Shown here: in pieces, positions 17,626 through 27,556 of the stretch
Layout of the letters: every line of letters begins with the position of its first letter
Position numbering within the stretch: position 1 is the stretch's first letter
From: Minisyncoccota bacterium
GTDB taxonomy: Bacteria > Patescibacteriota > Minisyncoccia > Phycocordibacterales > XYD1-FULL-46-19
DNA: 64,000 bases
Assembly (NCBI GenBank): GCA_041663165.1
Contig: JBAZRF010000002.1
Location: forward strand, 37,043-101,042
Direction: 5' to 3'
The notes under the pieces: model-generated
Told to the model about the DNA's origin: nothing
The model's database searches: none
Seen by the model: the letters and a program-made list of their open reading frames with translations, nothing else
Translations under genes and position numbers: made by a program

Positions 17626-18729
17626 ATGAGAGAGACAGCAGAACCCGAAGTCTCAACGGGTGGTAAAAAAAAGCAAGACAATAAGGATATTATTGTTGAG
17701 AGAAAAAATCTCAGGGAAAATCATATAGATATAGAGGGTCGTGACATGCTCATTGCTTTTAATGAACCCTCCTTCAAATTTTCTAAGAAAAATTTAAAAG
17801 AGGCCGATTTAGACTCTAAGCTAAACGCACGCTTAGTTAGTTATTTTTTACCCATGGTTGAAGTTGCCCGAAAACAGGAGAGACGTCCAAGGATGTTTGT
17901 GGTGAGCGGCTTAAATATGGCTTTGAAATGGAATGCAAAAAATGATCACCAGAAGAAGATAATGGCAATTAATAACAATTTAAAGTTTGATTTTCTTAAG
18001 AGTTTTTTTGAAAAGTTCTTCCCCGATGATTTTTCCATTATAGAATATGTTGTTGCTCAAGATCCTATAAAAATTTCAGAGAATAAATTAATGGGTCTTT
18101 GGAACGTGTTAGAAAGAAAATATCCAAAGGAGATAGGGGAGACGAGACTCTCCTTGGCAAAATACAAAAAATCAAGACTTTTTGGGAATAAAGAATTATC
18201 AGATGAAGCTATTTCCTTCGTTAATTCCAGGGACGATGATTTAATTAATGCTTTCAAGTATGCTATTTCGCACCTTTTTGCTATGGGGGATATTAATTTT
18301 GAAGGAAACAATATCCATAATCCTGTTGGTTATTTGACCGTTGGTGGCTCTAAGGAAAAAACATTTAATACAATCAGAAAACTAGCTCTTGAAGTTCTTC
18401 GAGATGTGGCAGAAATAGTTTTTGAAAGGGAAGTCATTTATACTGACAACTTAAGAATGATTGTAGAGGCAGAAAATAAAGCACCTGTCCCATATAACGG
18501 ATATTTTCAATCTATCGGCGGTAAGACAAAGTTATTAGAAGTTACTTATGAGAACAATAAGTCTTTGGACTTTTATGGTGAACATGAACAATTAAAATCA
18601 GATACGGATTATATTTATAGCTTTATTCCGCGACAAGAATATGAAAGATTTTGGAACGACCACCGTGACCGATATTTAAAACTGAAGAGGCGTTACCAAG
18701 AGGCGTATGATCTCAAAGAAGACTTCTAA
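17626..18729 (+). CDS. AT-rich hypothetical protein (367 aa), no recognisable domain, first gene of the islet 3' of tRNA-His
   Basis: long ORF with GC clearly below neighbours; leaderless promoter. Confidence 0.55.
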   Translation: MRETAEPEVSTGGKKKQDNKDIIVERKNLRENHIDIEGRDMLIAFNEPSFKFSKKNLKEADLDSKLNARLVSYFLPMVEVARKQERRPRMFVVSGLNMALKWNAKNDHQKKIMAINNNLKFDFLKSFFEKFFPDDFSIIEYVVAQDPIKISENKLMGLWNVLERKYPKEIGETRLSLAKYKKSRLFGNKELSDEAISFVNSRDDDLINAFKYAISHLFAMGDINFEGNNIHNPVGYLTVGGSKEKTFNTIRKLALEVLRDVAEIVFEREVIYTDNLRMIVEAENKAPVPYNGYFQSIGGKTKLLEVTYENNKSLDFYGEHEQLKSDTDYIYSFIPRQEYERFWNDHRDRYLKLKRRYQEAYDLKEDF

Positions 18730-18965
18730 TTTGTATTAAAGTCTAAGCGGTCGGGTAAAACACGGAGGTATAAATTGTTGCATTATCTAACCTCCGAAAA
18801 TAGTCCAAACTTCGTTTACTACGGCACCCAAAAATAACGAGCCAAATGAAATTTGGCGGCTATATTTTTGGAGTGTGTCCGCATGGGCGCACCTCGTCGC
18901 TTGTTTCCTCAACAATTCTCTTATTCCAAGGTGACTTTTAAGTCCTGGTCTGATAGGATTTTTGT

Positions 18966-19475
18966 ATGTCTATGTCACATAAAATTACAAAAACGATAAA
19001 GTCCGAAATGAATGAAAATTTTTCGCCACAGGTGGCCAGATTGGCAGCTAAAGAAGAGAAAACTCATGACTGGGCTTGTCGTTTTTTGGATTCGCCCGGG
19101 GGTAATCAAAACATGGCTAAGGGTATGAGAAGGAGATTTGAGTCGGGCGAGGTTTATTGGCTCGGACCCATTAATTTCCCTCTCCATGAGCTAACCCGTT
19201 GTTGCGGGCCGGAAAAAGGCATTGAATATCCAGAGACAGAGAAAATATGGATAGGAAAGTTGGGCAAATTAAGGAGGGCAATCAAAGAGGGCGAGAAATT
19301 CCCAGTTATTATTGTAAATCCACGACCATGGCCAATTTTGTCTATTCGTGACGGTAATCATCGCTATGAAGCTCTTTGTTTAGAAAAAAAGAAAAAATAT
19401 TGGACCCTCTTCTGGTTTGATAATAAAAAGGACGAACAAAAATTTAAAAGAAAGTACAGGGATTTAGTTAAGTAA
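18966..19475 (+). CDS. ParB/Srx-like nuclease domain protein (DGNHR motif)
   Basis: VIIVNPRPWPILSIRDGNHRYEAL resembles the ParB N-terminal/sulfiredoxin fold core; start codon uncertain (several in-frame Met). Confidence 0.45.
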   Translation: MSMSHKITKTIKSEMNENFSPQVARLAAKEEKTHDWACRFLDSPGGNQNMAKGMRRRFESGEVYWLGPINFPLHELTRCCGPEKGIEYPETEKIWIGKLGKLRRAIKEGEKFPVIIVNPRPWPILSIRDGNHRYEALCLEKKKKYWTLFWFDNKKDEQKFKRKYRDLVK

Positions 19476-19485
19476 AAGTTTCAAT

Positions 19486-20205
19486 ATGAAAAATTGTTAT
19501 AATTACAAGTTTGGCATTTCGCAAAAAGGGGATGGGCAAATGAAGGTCTATCCTGATAATGCTGATCTTGTTTTGCAAAATCGTCAAAAGTTTTTCGCCA
19601 CGTTAGGTCTGGATGCCAGCAATATGGTTCTGGCTGGGTTGGTTCACGGCGACAATATTGTGGTGGTTGGCAAAGAAAATATTGGTCAGAAAATTGAAAA
19701 CACCGATGGCCTAATAACTAAAGAGCCTGGTGTTATTTTAACTATCACGGTTGCCGACTGTCTGCCTGTATACTTTTTTGACAAAAGTAAAAAAGTGACC
19801 GGCTTAGCTCATGCTGGTTGGCGCGGAGTTAAGCAGAATATTGTTTCTCTGATGCTAAGTAAAATTCAGTCTGAATTTGCATCAGACCCCGCTGATGTTG
19901 AGGTAAATATTGGTCCCCATATTAGAAATTGTCATTTTGAAATTAAAGATGATGTTGCCGAACAATTTGCTAATTATTCAGAATCTATTATCAAGGAAGG
20001 TAACTCTATCAAACTGGACCTTTCGGCTATTGTAAAAAAACAACTAGAGAATGCCGGGGTCAGGCCTGACAATGTAACCATTAGTGATGAATGTACTTAT
20101 TGTCTGAATCAGAAATATTATTCTTTTCGTCGTGATCGTCCAGAAAGGGTTGAAGCAATGGTGGCGTATGCGGTAATGGGTGACTTTTTGTCTTGGCCCT
20201 GTTAA
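19486..20205 (+). CDS. pgeF: YfiH/PgeF-family purine nucleoside phosphorylase / peptidoglycan editing factor (DUF152)
   Basis: ADCLPV and HAGWRG motifs. Confidence 0.75.
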   Translation: MKNCYNYKFGISQKGDGQMKVYPDNADLVLQNRQKFFATLGLDASNMVLAGLVHGDNIVVVGKENIGQKIENTDGLITKEPGVILTITVADCLPVYFFDKSKKVTGLAHAGWRGVKQNIVSLMLSKIQSEFASDPADVEVNIGPHIRNCHFEIKDDVAEQFANYSESIIKEGNSIKLDLSAIVKKQLENAGVRPDNVTISDECTYCLNQKYYSFRRDRPERVEAMVAYAVMGDFLSWPC

Positions 20206-20215
20206 AATTTTAATA

Positions 20216-20746
20216 ATGTTTGGTAAACATGTATTGACCGGTGGGCTTGGGGTGGGTAAGAGCACTCTTATTGATATCTTGGCCCTGAGAGGTTACAAGA
20301 TTGTGCCAGAGGCAGCCAAGATGATTATAGAGGAACAACAGGCGGGAGATGGCAACATTTTTCCCTGGACGGACCTATCTAAGTTTCAAGAACTGGTGGC
20401 CGAACGACAAATTGATAATGAGGAGAGGGTCCATGACGGGCTAATTTTTTTAGATCGGGGAATTATTGACGGCTATGCTTACTGCCGTTTTGGTAATGTG
20501 CCTGTTCCGGTCAAAATTTCGAATCTGGCCAGGGGCCGCTACAATAAGGTATTTTTGTTGGAGCCTTTGCCTAATTATGAAAATGATTCAATTAGGAAGG
20601 AGACTTTTAAATTCCAAACAGCTATTCACGAGGCCATAAAAAAATCATACGAGGAGTTCGGGTATGATATCTGCGAGGTGCCCGTTTTGAACCCCGAAGA
20701 AAGAGTTAACTTTGTTCTCGGCCAATTAGATCAATGTGATTATTGA
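20216..20746 (+). CDS. small P-loop NTPase (NadR/AAA_28-like predicted kinase)
   Basis: Walker A GGLGVGKST. Confidence 0.5.
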   Translation: MFGKHVLTGGLGVGKSTLIDILALRGYKIVPEAAKMIIEEQQAGDGNIFPWTDLSKFQELVAERQIDNEERVHDGLIFLDRGIIDGYAYCRFGNVPVPVKISNLARGRYNKVFLLEPLPNYENDSIRKETFKFQTAIHEAIKKSYEEFGYDICEVPVLNPEERVNFVLGQLDQCDY

Positions 20747-20771
20747 GCTAGGGCGTGGTAGAATTTTGGGT

Positions 20772-22046
20772 ATGAACGTTCTAATCATTGGGAGTGGTGG
20801 GCGAGAGCACGCGCTTGGTTGGAAGTTAAGACAATCACCAAAGATAAACAATCTCTATTTTTCGCCTGGCAACGGTGGCACCTCTTCGCTGGGTCGTAAT
20901 ATCGAACTAAATAATAGAGATCACCGGCAATTAATCGCTTGGATAAAAGAAAATCACATCGACCTAGTTATTATTGGTCCCGATCAATATCTGGCAGAGG
21001 GACTGACCGATATTTTATTAAAAAATGGGATTAAAGTTTTTGGTCCGATAAAAAAAGCGGCGGAGATAGAGTGGTCAAAATCTTTTGCCAAGCGGTTTAT
21101 GGTGGAGGAGGGAATACCGACCGCCGCTTTTGCAACCTTTACCAATGTCAAGAAGGCCTTAGCCTATGTCAAAGGTCAAAAACTTCCGATCGTGATAAAG
21201 GCAGACGGTCTTGCCCTAGGGAAAGGGGTTATTATTGCGGGCAATATTTCTGAAGCCAACACCGCGCTAATCGACATGATGGAGAAAGGAAAGTACGGAG
21301 CTGCCGGTTGTTCGGTTGTTATTGAAGAATACTTAGAAGGAAGAGAAATTTCGATACATGCCTTTTGCGACGGGGAAACAACGGTCCTGTTTCCGGCCTC
21401 TCAAGATCATAAAAGAATTTACGATAACGACAAAGGTCCCAATACCGGTGGGATGGGAACAATCGCGCCCTTGCCATGGGTAACGCCGGCCCTGATGAAA
21501 GAAATTGATAAAAAAATTATCAGGCCAACAATTGCCGGGCTAAATAAACATAACCGAAAATTCGTCGGAGTTTTGTTCCCCGGTATTATGGTTACTAAAG
21601 ACGGACCCAAGGTGATTGAATTTAACGCTCGATTCGGAGATCCCGAAACCCAGTCATACATGCGCCTGCTCTCAACCGATTTACTAGATATTTTAATTGC
21701 TTGCGTTGAAGGACGACTCTCTGATGTGAAAATCAAATGGCATAATCGTTTTGCCTGCGCAGTAGTTTTGGCCTCTGGCGGTTATCCCGGGAAATATAAA
21801 AAGGGAATCTCAATTAGGGGAGTTGATAAGGCAGGGGGAGGGGAGATAGTGCTATTTCATGCTGGTACGAAAAAAGTTAAAAACCAGTTTGTTACCAATG
21901 GAGGTCGCGTTCTCAACGTGGCGGCTACTGGCGCTAGTTTAACCGAGGCTCTAAATAAGGCCTATCAAGCCATCAAAAAGCTAGATTTTAAAGGTATGCA
22001 GTTTAGGCGGGATATTGGCAAGAAATCTTTGTTTGGAAAACGATAA
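20772..22046 (+). CDS. purD: phosphoribosylamine--glycine ligase
   Basis: MNVLIIGSGGREHAL N-terminus, ATP-grasp domain. Confidence 0.9.
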   Translation: MNVLIIGSGGREHALGWKLRQSPKINNLYFSPGNGGTSSLGRNIELNNRDHRQLIAWIKENHIDLVIIGPDQYLAEGLTDILLKNGIKVFGPIKKAAEIEWSKSFAKRFMVEEGIPTAAFATFTNVKKALAYVKGQKLPIVIKADGLALGKGVIIAGNISEANTALIDMMEKGKYGAAGCSVVIEEYLEGREISIHAFCDGETTVLFPASQDHKRIYDNDKGPNTGGMGTIAPLPWVTPALMKEIDKKIIRPTIAGLNKHNRKFVGVLFPGIMVTKDGPKVIEFNARFGDPETQSYMRLLSTDLLDILIACVEGRLSDVKIKWHNRFACAVVLASGGYPGKYKKGISIRGVDKAGGGEIVLFHAGTKKVKNQFVTNGGRVLNVAATGASLTEALNKAYQAIKKLDFKGMQFRRDIGKKSLFGKR

Positions 22047-22105
22047 GCTTGGGTTCTAGGTATCCACGAAATGACTTTTTAATTTTCGCTTGGTAGACTA
22101 TTGGT

Positions 22106-22648
22106 ATGGATAACGGAGAAAGAGAATCTGCGTCTTATTCCCAGCGCCGGTCTCGTTTGGGGATTGTTTTTGCCGTCCTGTTGCCGGTTTACATTTTTTT
22201 GATGCTGAGCGGAGATATCTGGTCCCACTTTATGAGTAATGACCTCTGTTATCGTTATTTAGGCTGTAATTCCGACTTTTTTGGCTATGATGGGTTAGTT
22301 CATTTTTTAAGCGGGGTCATCATTGCCCTGGCGGTGGTTTTGACTGAGCGTCGTTATTTAGAACGAACGATTAATATCAACAAACAATGGCTGCGAGCAC
22401 TGATGATTATGGGCATAGCGGCTTTAATTGGTATTGTCTGGGAAATCTTAGAATTTTCCTACGATCACTTTAAGATGGATTTCCTCCATTTTAATCTGAT
22501 TCACCCTAATATTTTAGCTCAGCCCAATAATACCGATACGGTCGGCGATCTTACCCTTGGTCTCCTTGGCGCGCTGGCCACGATTTGCCTTTTGAATCTT
22601 TATTACTGGCTTAAATATTGGCGATATTTGCCAAGACGGGTTAATTAA
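22106..22648 (+). CDS. hypothetical membrane protein (4-5 TM)
   Basis: hydrophobicity pattern only. Confidence 0.4.
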   Translation: MDNGERESASYSQRRSRLGIVFAVLLPVYIFLMLSGDIWSHFMSNDLCYRYLGCNSDFFGYDGLVHFLSGVIIALAVVLTERRYLERTININKQWLRALMIMGIAALIGIVWEILEFSYDHFKMDFLHFNLIHPNILAQPNNTDTVGDLTLGLLGALATICLLNLYYWLKYWRYLPRRVN

Positions 22649-22671
22649 AATTTTTTTGTTATAATTATCTC

Positions 22672-23097
22672 ATGAAATACAGTGAGTTTTTAGAATCTCT
22701 TACCGGCTGTCCTTTTTGCGAAAACAAAAATGAAGCAATCTGTGATGAAGGAACGGCTTATTTAACTTATGCTCTAGCCCCTTACCATCCAGATCACCTG
22801 TTGATTATTACTAAACGGCACCTCGATCATTTTTTAGATCTAAATGAATCAGAATGGAAAGATGTCGAATTATTGCAAAAGAAAGGGATGATGCTTCTAA
22901 AGAAGCTGGGCTATAAAAACGTTTCAATTTTGGTTCGTGAGGGCGACAGCTCAGGCAAAAGTGTTTCTCATCTCCATTATCATCTTATTCCCAACATTAA
23001 TCTGGGAAATACCGATCATAGCGGCGCCGATCGAATGATTTTGACCTCCGGCGAAGTGGAGAGCGAAATAAAAAGGTTAAAAGAAGCCCTGGTTTAA
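22672..23097 (+). CDS. HIT-family hydrolase
   Basis: histidine triad HLHYHLIP plus N-terminal CxxC. Confidence 0.7.
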   Translation: MKYSEFLESLTGCPFCENKNEAICDEGTAYLTYALAPYHPDHLLIITKRHLDHFLDLNESEWKDVELLQKKGMMLLKKLGYKNVSILVREGDSSGKSVSHLHYHLIPNINLGNTDHSGADRMILTSGEVESEIKRLKEALV

Positions 23098-23113
23098 AGT
23101 AGATCACAATAAT

Positions 23114-23752
23114 ATGGATAAAATAAAAAACAATTATAAGAATCTTGATCGAGCCTTTGTCCACTCGCTCTTAATGGCTATTTTGCTTTTCGCGATAAGT
23201 TTAACTTTAAATTATTTTACTAGTGCCTATGCGACGGCGCGCGCCGGCGGACCGGTCGGCGATCTAATTTTAGACAATATCCCTACTTTTAATCTTGATT
23301 GGCTATTTGCCTATGGCCCGATTTTCTTCTGGCTAGTGATAGCTATTTTTGTTCTCCGAGAACCTAAAACTTTACCTTTTTCCATCAAGGCGATTGCCAT
23401 GTTTGTTGTTATTAGATCAATTTTTGTAACCCTGACTCATTTGGGCGTTTCCCTTGAAGCTATCCAAACCGAAGTCCCTCTTAATTTTATTGAAAGATTA
23501 TCTTACGGAGGAGACCTCTTTTTTTCCGGCCATACGGGAATGCCATTTTTAATGGCTCTAATTTTTTGGAAAAACAAATATCTACGGATTTTTTGTATTG
23601 TCTCTGCCGTCTTTTTTGGCGCCGTTGTCTTAATGGTTCATCGGCACTATTCAATTGATGTTTTTGCCGCTTTCTTTATTACCTACACCATTCATCACTT
23701 AGCCGAAACCTTTTTTAAAAAAGACCGACAGCTTTTCTACCGGGCCGATTGA
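23114..23752 (+). CDS. PAP2-superfamily membrane protein (sphingomyelin-synthase-like PAP2_C)
   Basis: SGHTGMPFL and HRHYSIDV motifs. Confidence 0.55.
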   Translation: MDKIKNNYKNLDRAFVHSLLMAILLFAISLTLNYFTSAYATARAGGPVGDLILDNIPTFNLDWLFAYGPIFFWLVIAIFVLREPKTLPFSIKAIAMFVVIRSIFVTLTHLGVSLEAIQTEVPLNFIERLSYGGDLFFSGHTGMPFLMALIFWKNKYLRIFCIVSAVFFGAVVLMVHRHYSIDVFAAFFITYTIHHLAETFFKKDRQLFYRAD

Positions 23753-24873
23753 TAACCGCCCGGGACGCCACGAGGGGAGAGAACGATTTGCCACAATTGG
23801 TTTGATCGAGAGCGAAAAGTGCCAGCGCAGCAAAGTAGATAATAGCGCCACATACGATAAAATTTCTCGCTGTAATTCTTCTTGACATCTGGCCAAGCCT
23901 TCTCGAAATTAGCGTGCCAGGCCATCAGTGTTTTGTCGTAATCGGCACTGAAATTATGCACATCTTCAACCACGAAGAGTCCTTCGACACAGTTGGTGAT
24001 TTGTTTGAGCGAAGGGAGCATACCGTTAGGAAAGATATATTTAGCAATCCAGGGATCAGTGTTACTTCCAGATCTCAAACTGCCAATCGTGTGAAGTAGA
24101 AAAAGTCCTTCCGGCTTGAGGCACTTTCTAACTGTCTTCATGTAGGTGTGGTAATTTTTCACTCCGACGTGTTCAAACATGCCAACCGAAACGACATGAT
24201 CGAATTTTTCTTTTAAATCGCGATAATCCATTACGCGAAATTCAATTGGCAAACCGGCGCAAAGCTCGCTGGCCAATTTTGCCTGCTCTTTCGAGACAGT
24301 AATTCCCACGACAGAAACACCATAATTTTTGGCGGCATGACGGGCCAAACCGCCCCAACCGCAACCGATATCTAAAATTTTTTGGCCGGGTTTTAAGTTC
24401 AGCTTGCGGCAAATTAGGTCATATTTGTCTTCTTGAGCCTCGTCTAAATTATCGGCATCCTTCCAATAGCCGCAACTATAGGCCAAGCTTTTACCGAGCA
24501 TGGGGACAAAAAGATCATTGCCGGTGTCGTAATGTTTTTCGCCCACCTCAAAAGCCCGTTTAATGGCCTGGAGATTAAGCACTTTAGCCTTAACATAATC
24601 GGCGATAACCGGTAAAGATAAACCCAGGCGCTTATAAATATCCTCAAGCGACAAAACGCGGTAGAAGAACTGGTCTAGGGCCTCACAATCCCACCAGCCA
24701 TCCATATAAGCCTCGCCCAGACCAAGCGATCCCTCAGCCTTAACGCGTTTATAAAGCTTCTCGTTTTTAATCTGTGGATCCCACGGATTGGGGCCATCTA
24801 AGACAACGCCCGATGGCTCAATAACTTTGTTAGCCCATTGTTTAGTATTAAACATATGATAATATCGTAACAT
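23737..24873 (-). CDS. cfa: cyclopropane-fatty-acyl-phospholipid synthase
   Basis: SAM motif ILDIGCGWGG, VGMFEHVG. Confidence 0.85.
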   Translation of the reverse strand: MLRYYHMFNTKQWANKVIEPSGVVLDGPNPWDPQIKNEKLYKRVKAEGSLGLGEAYMDGWWDCEALDQFFYRVLSLEDIYKRLGLSLPVIADYVKAKVLNLQAIKRAFEVGEKHYDTGNDLFVPMLGKSLAYSCGYWKDADNLDEAQEDKYDLICRKLNLKPGQKILDIGCGWGGLARHAAKNYGVSVVGITVSKEQAKLASELCAGLPIEFRVMDYRDLKEKFDHVVSVGMFEHVGVKNYHTYMKTVRKCLKPEGLFLLHTIGSLRSGSNTDPWIAKYIFPNGMLPSLKQITNCVEGLFVVEDVHNFSADYDKTLMAWHANFEKAWPDVKKNYSEKFYRMWRYYLLCCAGTFRSRSNQLWQIVLSPRGVPGGYQSAR

Positions 24874-24910
24874 GGATACTAATTATGGCAAGGTGAGCAA
24901 CTAATCTCAA

Positions 24911-25531
24911 TTGTGTGTAATCTGTTATACTAATATCGTGTTTGATTTAGTTTTAATCATTAAAACAGTCGGCTACCTGGGCCTGTTTGGGATTATCTTT
25001 GCCGAATCAGGCCTGTTTTTTGGTTTCTTTTTGCCGGGTGACAGTTTAATTTTTACGGCGGGTTTTTTAGCCTCACAAAATTATCTCAATATCTGGTTAT
25101 TGTTAGTCATTTTATTTATTGCCGCCGTTTTAGGCGACAATGTTGGTTATTGGTTTGGGGCCAAAGTGGGGCCAATGATTTTTGCCAAAGAAGACTCGCG
25201 TTTTTTTAAAAAAGAATATGTCAATCGCGCCCATGATTTTTTTGAGAAATATGGTGGCAAAAGTTTGATCTTGGCGCGCTTTATGCCGGTGGTGCGCACC
25301 TTCGTGCCGATTGTGGCTGGGGTAGGGAAGATGAATTATCAAAAGTTTTTCTTTTTCAACATCCTCGGCGGACTGCTCTGGACCTTTGGGCTGACTTTGG
25401 CTGGTTACTACCTTGGTCGCGTAATTCCCAATGTTGACCAATATATTATTCCGATCGTCATACTCATTATCTTTTTATCGATTTTGCCCGGGTTGGTTCA
25501 TCTTCTAAAAAATTATTCAAAGAAAAAATAA
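24911..25531 (+). CDS. DedA-family membrane protein
   Basis: GYLGLFGIIFAESGLFFGFFLPGDSLIF. Confidence 0.8.
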   Translation: MCVICYTNIVFDLVLIIKTVGYLGLFGIIFAESGLFFGFFLPGDSLIFTAGFLASQNYLNIWLLLVILFIAAVLGDNVGYWFGAKVGPMIFAKEDSRFFKKEYVNRAHDFFEKYGGKSLILARFMPVVRTFVPIVAGVGKMNYQKFFFFNILGGLLWTFGLTLAGYYLGRVIPNVDQYIIPIVILIIFLSILPGLVHLLKNYSKKK

Positions 25532-25540
25532 AAATGGGAA

Positions 25541-25568
25541 AGGGCGCGCTTGAGGCTTAACGCGCCCT
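25541..25568 (-). terminator. hairpin AGGGCGCG-12nt-CGCGCCCT immediately 3' of ORF E; U-run follows on the minus strand
   Basis: perfect 8-bp stem read from sequence. Confidence 0.7.
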
Positions 25569-26015
25569 CTACTTGCCAAAGGATCTCCTGATCAAGCCGG
25601 AGTTCCTTGAGACGGATACTCCGACCAGGGCGACCCAGCTTGCATCCTCTCTCGGGTGAGAACATCTTGGGTCGAGAACGAATTCTCCGTTGTCCCAGCT
25701 CTCGAGTCTTTGCCCGTTAGGGTAGCAACAGCGCCAGGCCAGCGGACCTTCCAGAATCTGGCTTATCACCAGCTTCGAAAGACTTTCTCCAAAGCAGGCG
25801 ATCCTGCCATTATTGGCGAAGGTAAGGATGGCCTTTGCCTTTCCCGGCAGACCCAGCTCGGCAAGTTTGTCATTCAGGTATGAAAGCGCGAGCTGGACCC
25901 TTTCCTTGCCGCGCCCGTGGTGCCCATTACTGGCTTCCACCATTTGTTTCTTGTGTGCCACCCCGGCCTCTCGGGGCGTTGTCCCTTGGGGGTTTCTGTG
26001 TCTGATTTTCATCAC
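25569..26015 (-). CDS. GC-rich hypothetical protein (148 aa), orphan cassette E, probably cotranscribed with the upstream HAD hydrolase
   Basis: SD AAGGAGGG 5 nt before GTG-ATG start; GC content clearly above flanks. Confidence 0.5.
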   Translation of the reverse strand: MMKIRHRNPQGTTPREAGVAHKKQMVEASNGHHGRGKERVQLALSYLNDKLAELGLPGKAKAILTFANNGRIACFGESLSKLVISQILEGPLAWRCCYPNGQRLESWDNGEFVLDPRCSHPREDASWVALVGVSVSRNSGLIRRSFGK

Positions 26016-26048
26016 AGTTACCCTCCTTTCCGTTACTAGCCTAACACA

Positions 26049-26747
26049 TTAATTAATCCTGTAAATTACATCTTTGCGCTCGACGATAACAGGCCACTTA
26101 TTAAGCTTGGCGTAGCGATAAAGTTTTTCGTTAGGGTTGAAGCAAATTGGTTTCTCCACCGTTTCAAGCATAGAGATATCGTCGGCTGTGTCGCCAACGG
26201 CGATAGATCCCTCTTGGGTTAGGTTTTCTTTTTCCATGGCGCGATGGATAATATTAGCTTTGTTGGCAATCAAGTGTTCATCAACCATTAAGCCGGTAAA
26301 GCGGTCGCCGGGACCAAGCTCATAAAAACGGCCATAGACTTTGTCAAAACCTAGTTCGCGACAAAAGCTATCGAGTACGCCTTTGGGCGAGCCGGAAATG
26401 GCCAGCAAAAAGTAGCCACGTTTTTTTAAATTGCGAACCAGCTCCCGGGTATAAACATAAGTGCGATTCTTTTTTTCATCAATCAATTTGTGGACGACAT
26501 CGACAAAGTCACCGTAATAAACCCCCTTAATGTTTTTGGTAAAGGCCTCAACCACGGCGCCAATATATTTTTCATAACTATCTTCGCGGTCGAGCCAACG
26601 GCGAAAAGGGGATTCGTAGTGGTTGCGCGCCTCGGGCGGAAAGAGCTCGGCTTTGATCAATTCCTCAACCAACTCAATCAATAGGCTCGAACGAAAAATC
26701 GTTCCATCCACATCAAACGCGGCGAATTTTTGTGGCTGACTACCCAT
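26049..26747 (-). CDS. HAD-superfamily hydrolase (phosphoserine phosphatase-like subfamily IB)
   Basis: motif I FDVDGT, motif III/IV GDTADD. Confidence 0.7.
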   Translation of the reverse strand: MGSQPQKFAAFDVDGTIFRSSLLIELVEELIKAELFPPEARNHYESPFRRWLDREDSYEKYIGAVVEAFTKNIKGVYYGDFVDVVHKLIDEKKNRTYVYTRELVRNLKKRGYFLLAISGSPKGVLDSFCRELGFDKVYGRFYELGPGDRFTGLMVDEHLIANKANIIHRAMEKENLTQEGSIAVGDTADDISMLETVEKPICFNPNEKLYRYAKLNKWPVIVERKDVIYRIN

Positions 26748-26784
26748 GCCTAGATGATATCATAAAATTTGCTATAATAGCTCA

Positions 26785-27267
26785 ATGCGCCAAAAAGCCG
26801 AGATTTTAATCCAAAAATATGTCATTGCGGCTATTTATCTGCAGGTTTGGGCGGGAACTTTAGGTAGCCTGTATTTCAGTCAAGTCATGAATCTGCCTCC
26901 CTGCTCGCTTTGTATTATCCAGCGCGGTTTGATGTATCCGTTAATTTTAATCATGGGTGTTGGACTATGGAAAAAAGATCGCTGGCTACCTTATTATGTC
27001 TTACCTTTCTCCATTTTGGGGCTAATTGTCTCTGGCTACCACAATTTGCTTGTTTGGCATCTCGCTCCGGCTGACCTGATTGTTTGTTCGGTCCAATTAC
27101 CCTGTACGATCCAAGAATTTGCTCTCCTTGGCTTTATTACCATCCCCTTGATGTCGTTTATCGCCTTTTTGATTATAACGCTTGGGATGATTGTTTACAC
27201 CAAGCTAACTCATAAACTTAAGGGCCCAAACCAGAGCTCCTTTCGGCTTGATGAGGCTCAAATTTGA
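26785..27267 (+). CDS. DsbB/BdbC-family disulfide bond formation protein
   Basis: PCSLCIIQR in first periplasmic loop, 4 TM. Confidence 0.65.
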   Translation: MRQKAEILIQKYVIAAIYLQVWAGTLGSLYFSQVMNLPPCSLCIIQRGLMYPLILIMGVGLWKKDRWLPYYVLPFSILGLIVSGYHNLLVWHLAPADLIVCSVQLPCTIQEFALLGFITIPLMSFIAFLIITLGMIVYTKLTHKLKGPNQSSFRLDEAQI

Positions 27268-27364
27268 CCCCACTTGACTATTTTGAGCAAGGGTATAAGA
27301 TTAGGTTATTAGGGCCCGACGGGGCTTTTTTAAATACCAAGATTAGGGTGTACAATACAATCAT

Positions 27365-27550
27365 ATGAACCGTTTACTTAATTATTTCAAAGACACCAGG
27401 AGCGAGATGAATCATGTTAGCTGGCCGACTCGCGAACAGACAATTAATTTTACCGTGATTGTGCTCGGTTTCTCGGTGTTAATCGGTCTTTTGCTCGGGG
27501 TTTTTGACTTTGCCTTTAGTGATCTCTTAAAAATCTTTATTTTGAAATAA
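27365..27550 (+). CDS. secE: preprotein translocase subunit SecE
   Basis: 61 aa single-TM protein immediately upstream of nusG. Confidence 0.75.
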   Translation: MNRLLNYFKDTRSEMNHVSWPTREQTINFTVIVLGFSVLIGLLLGVFDFAFSDLLKIFILK

Positions 27551-27556
27551 GTATTT

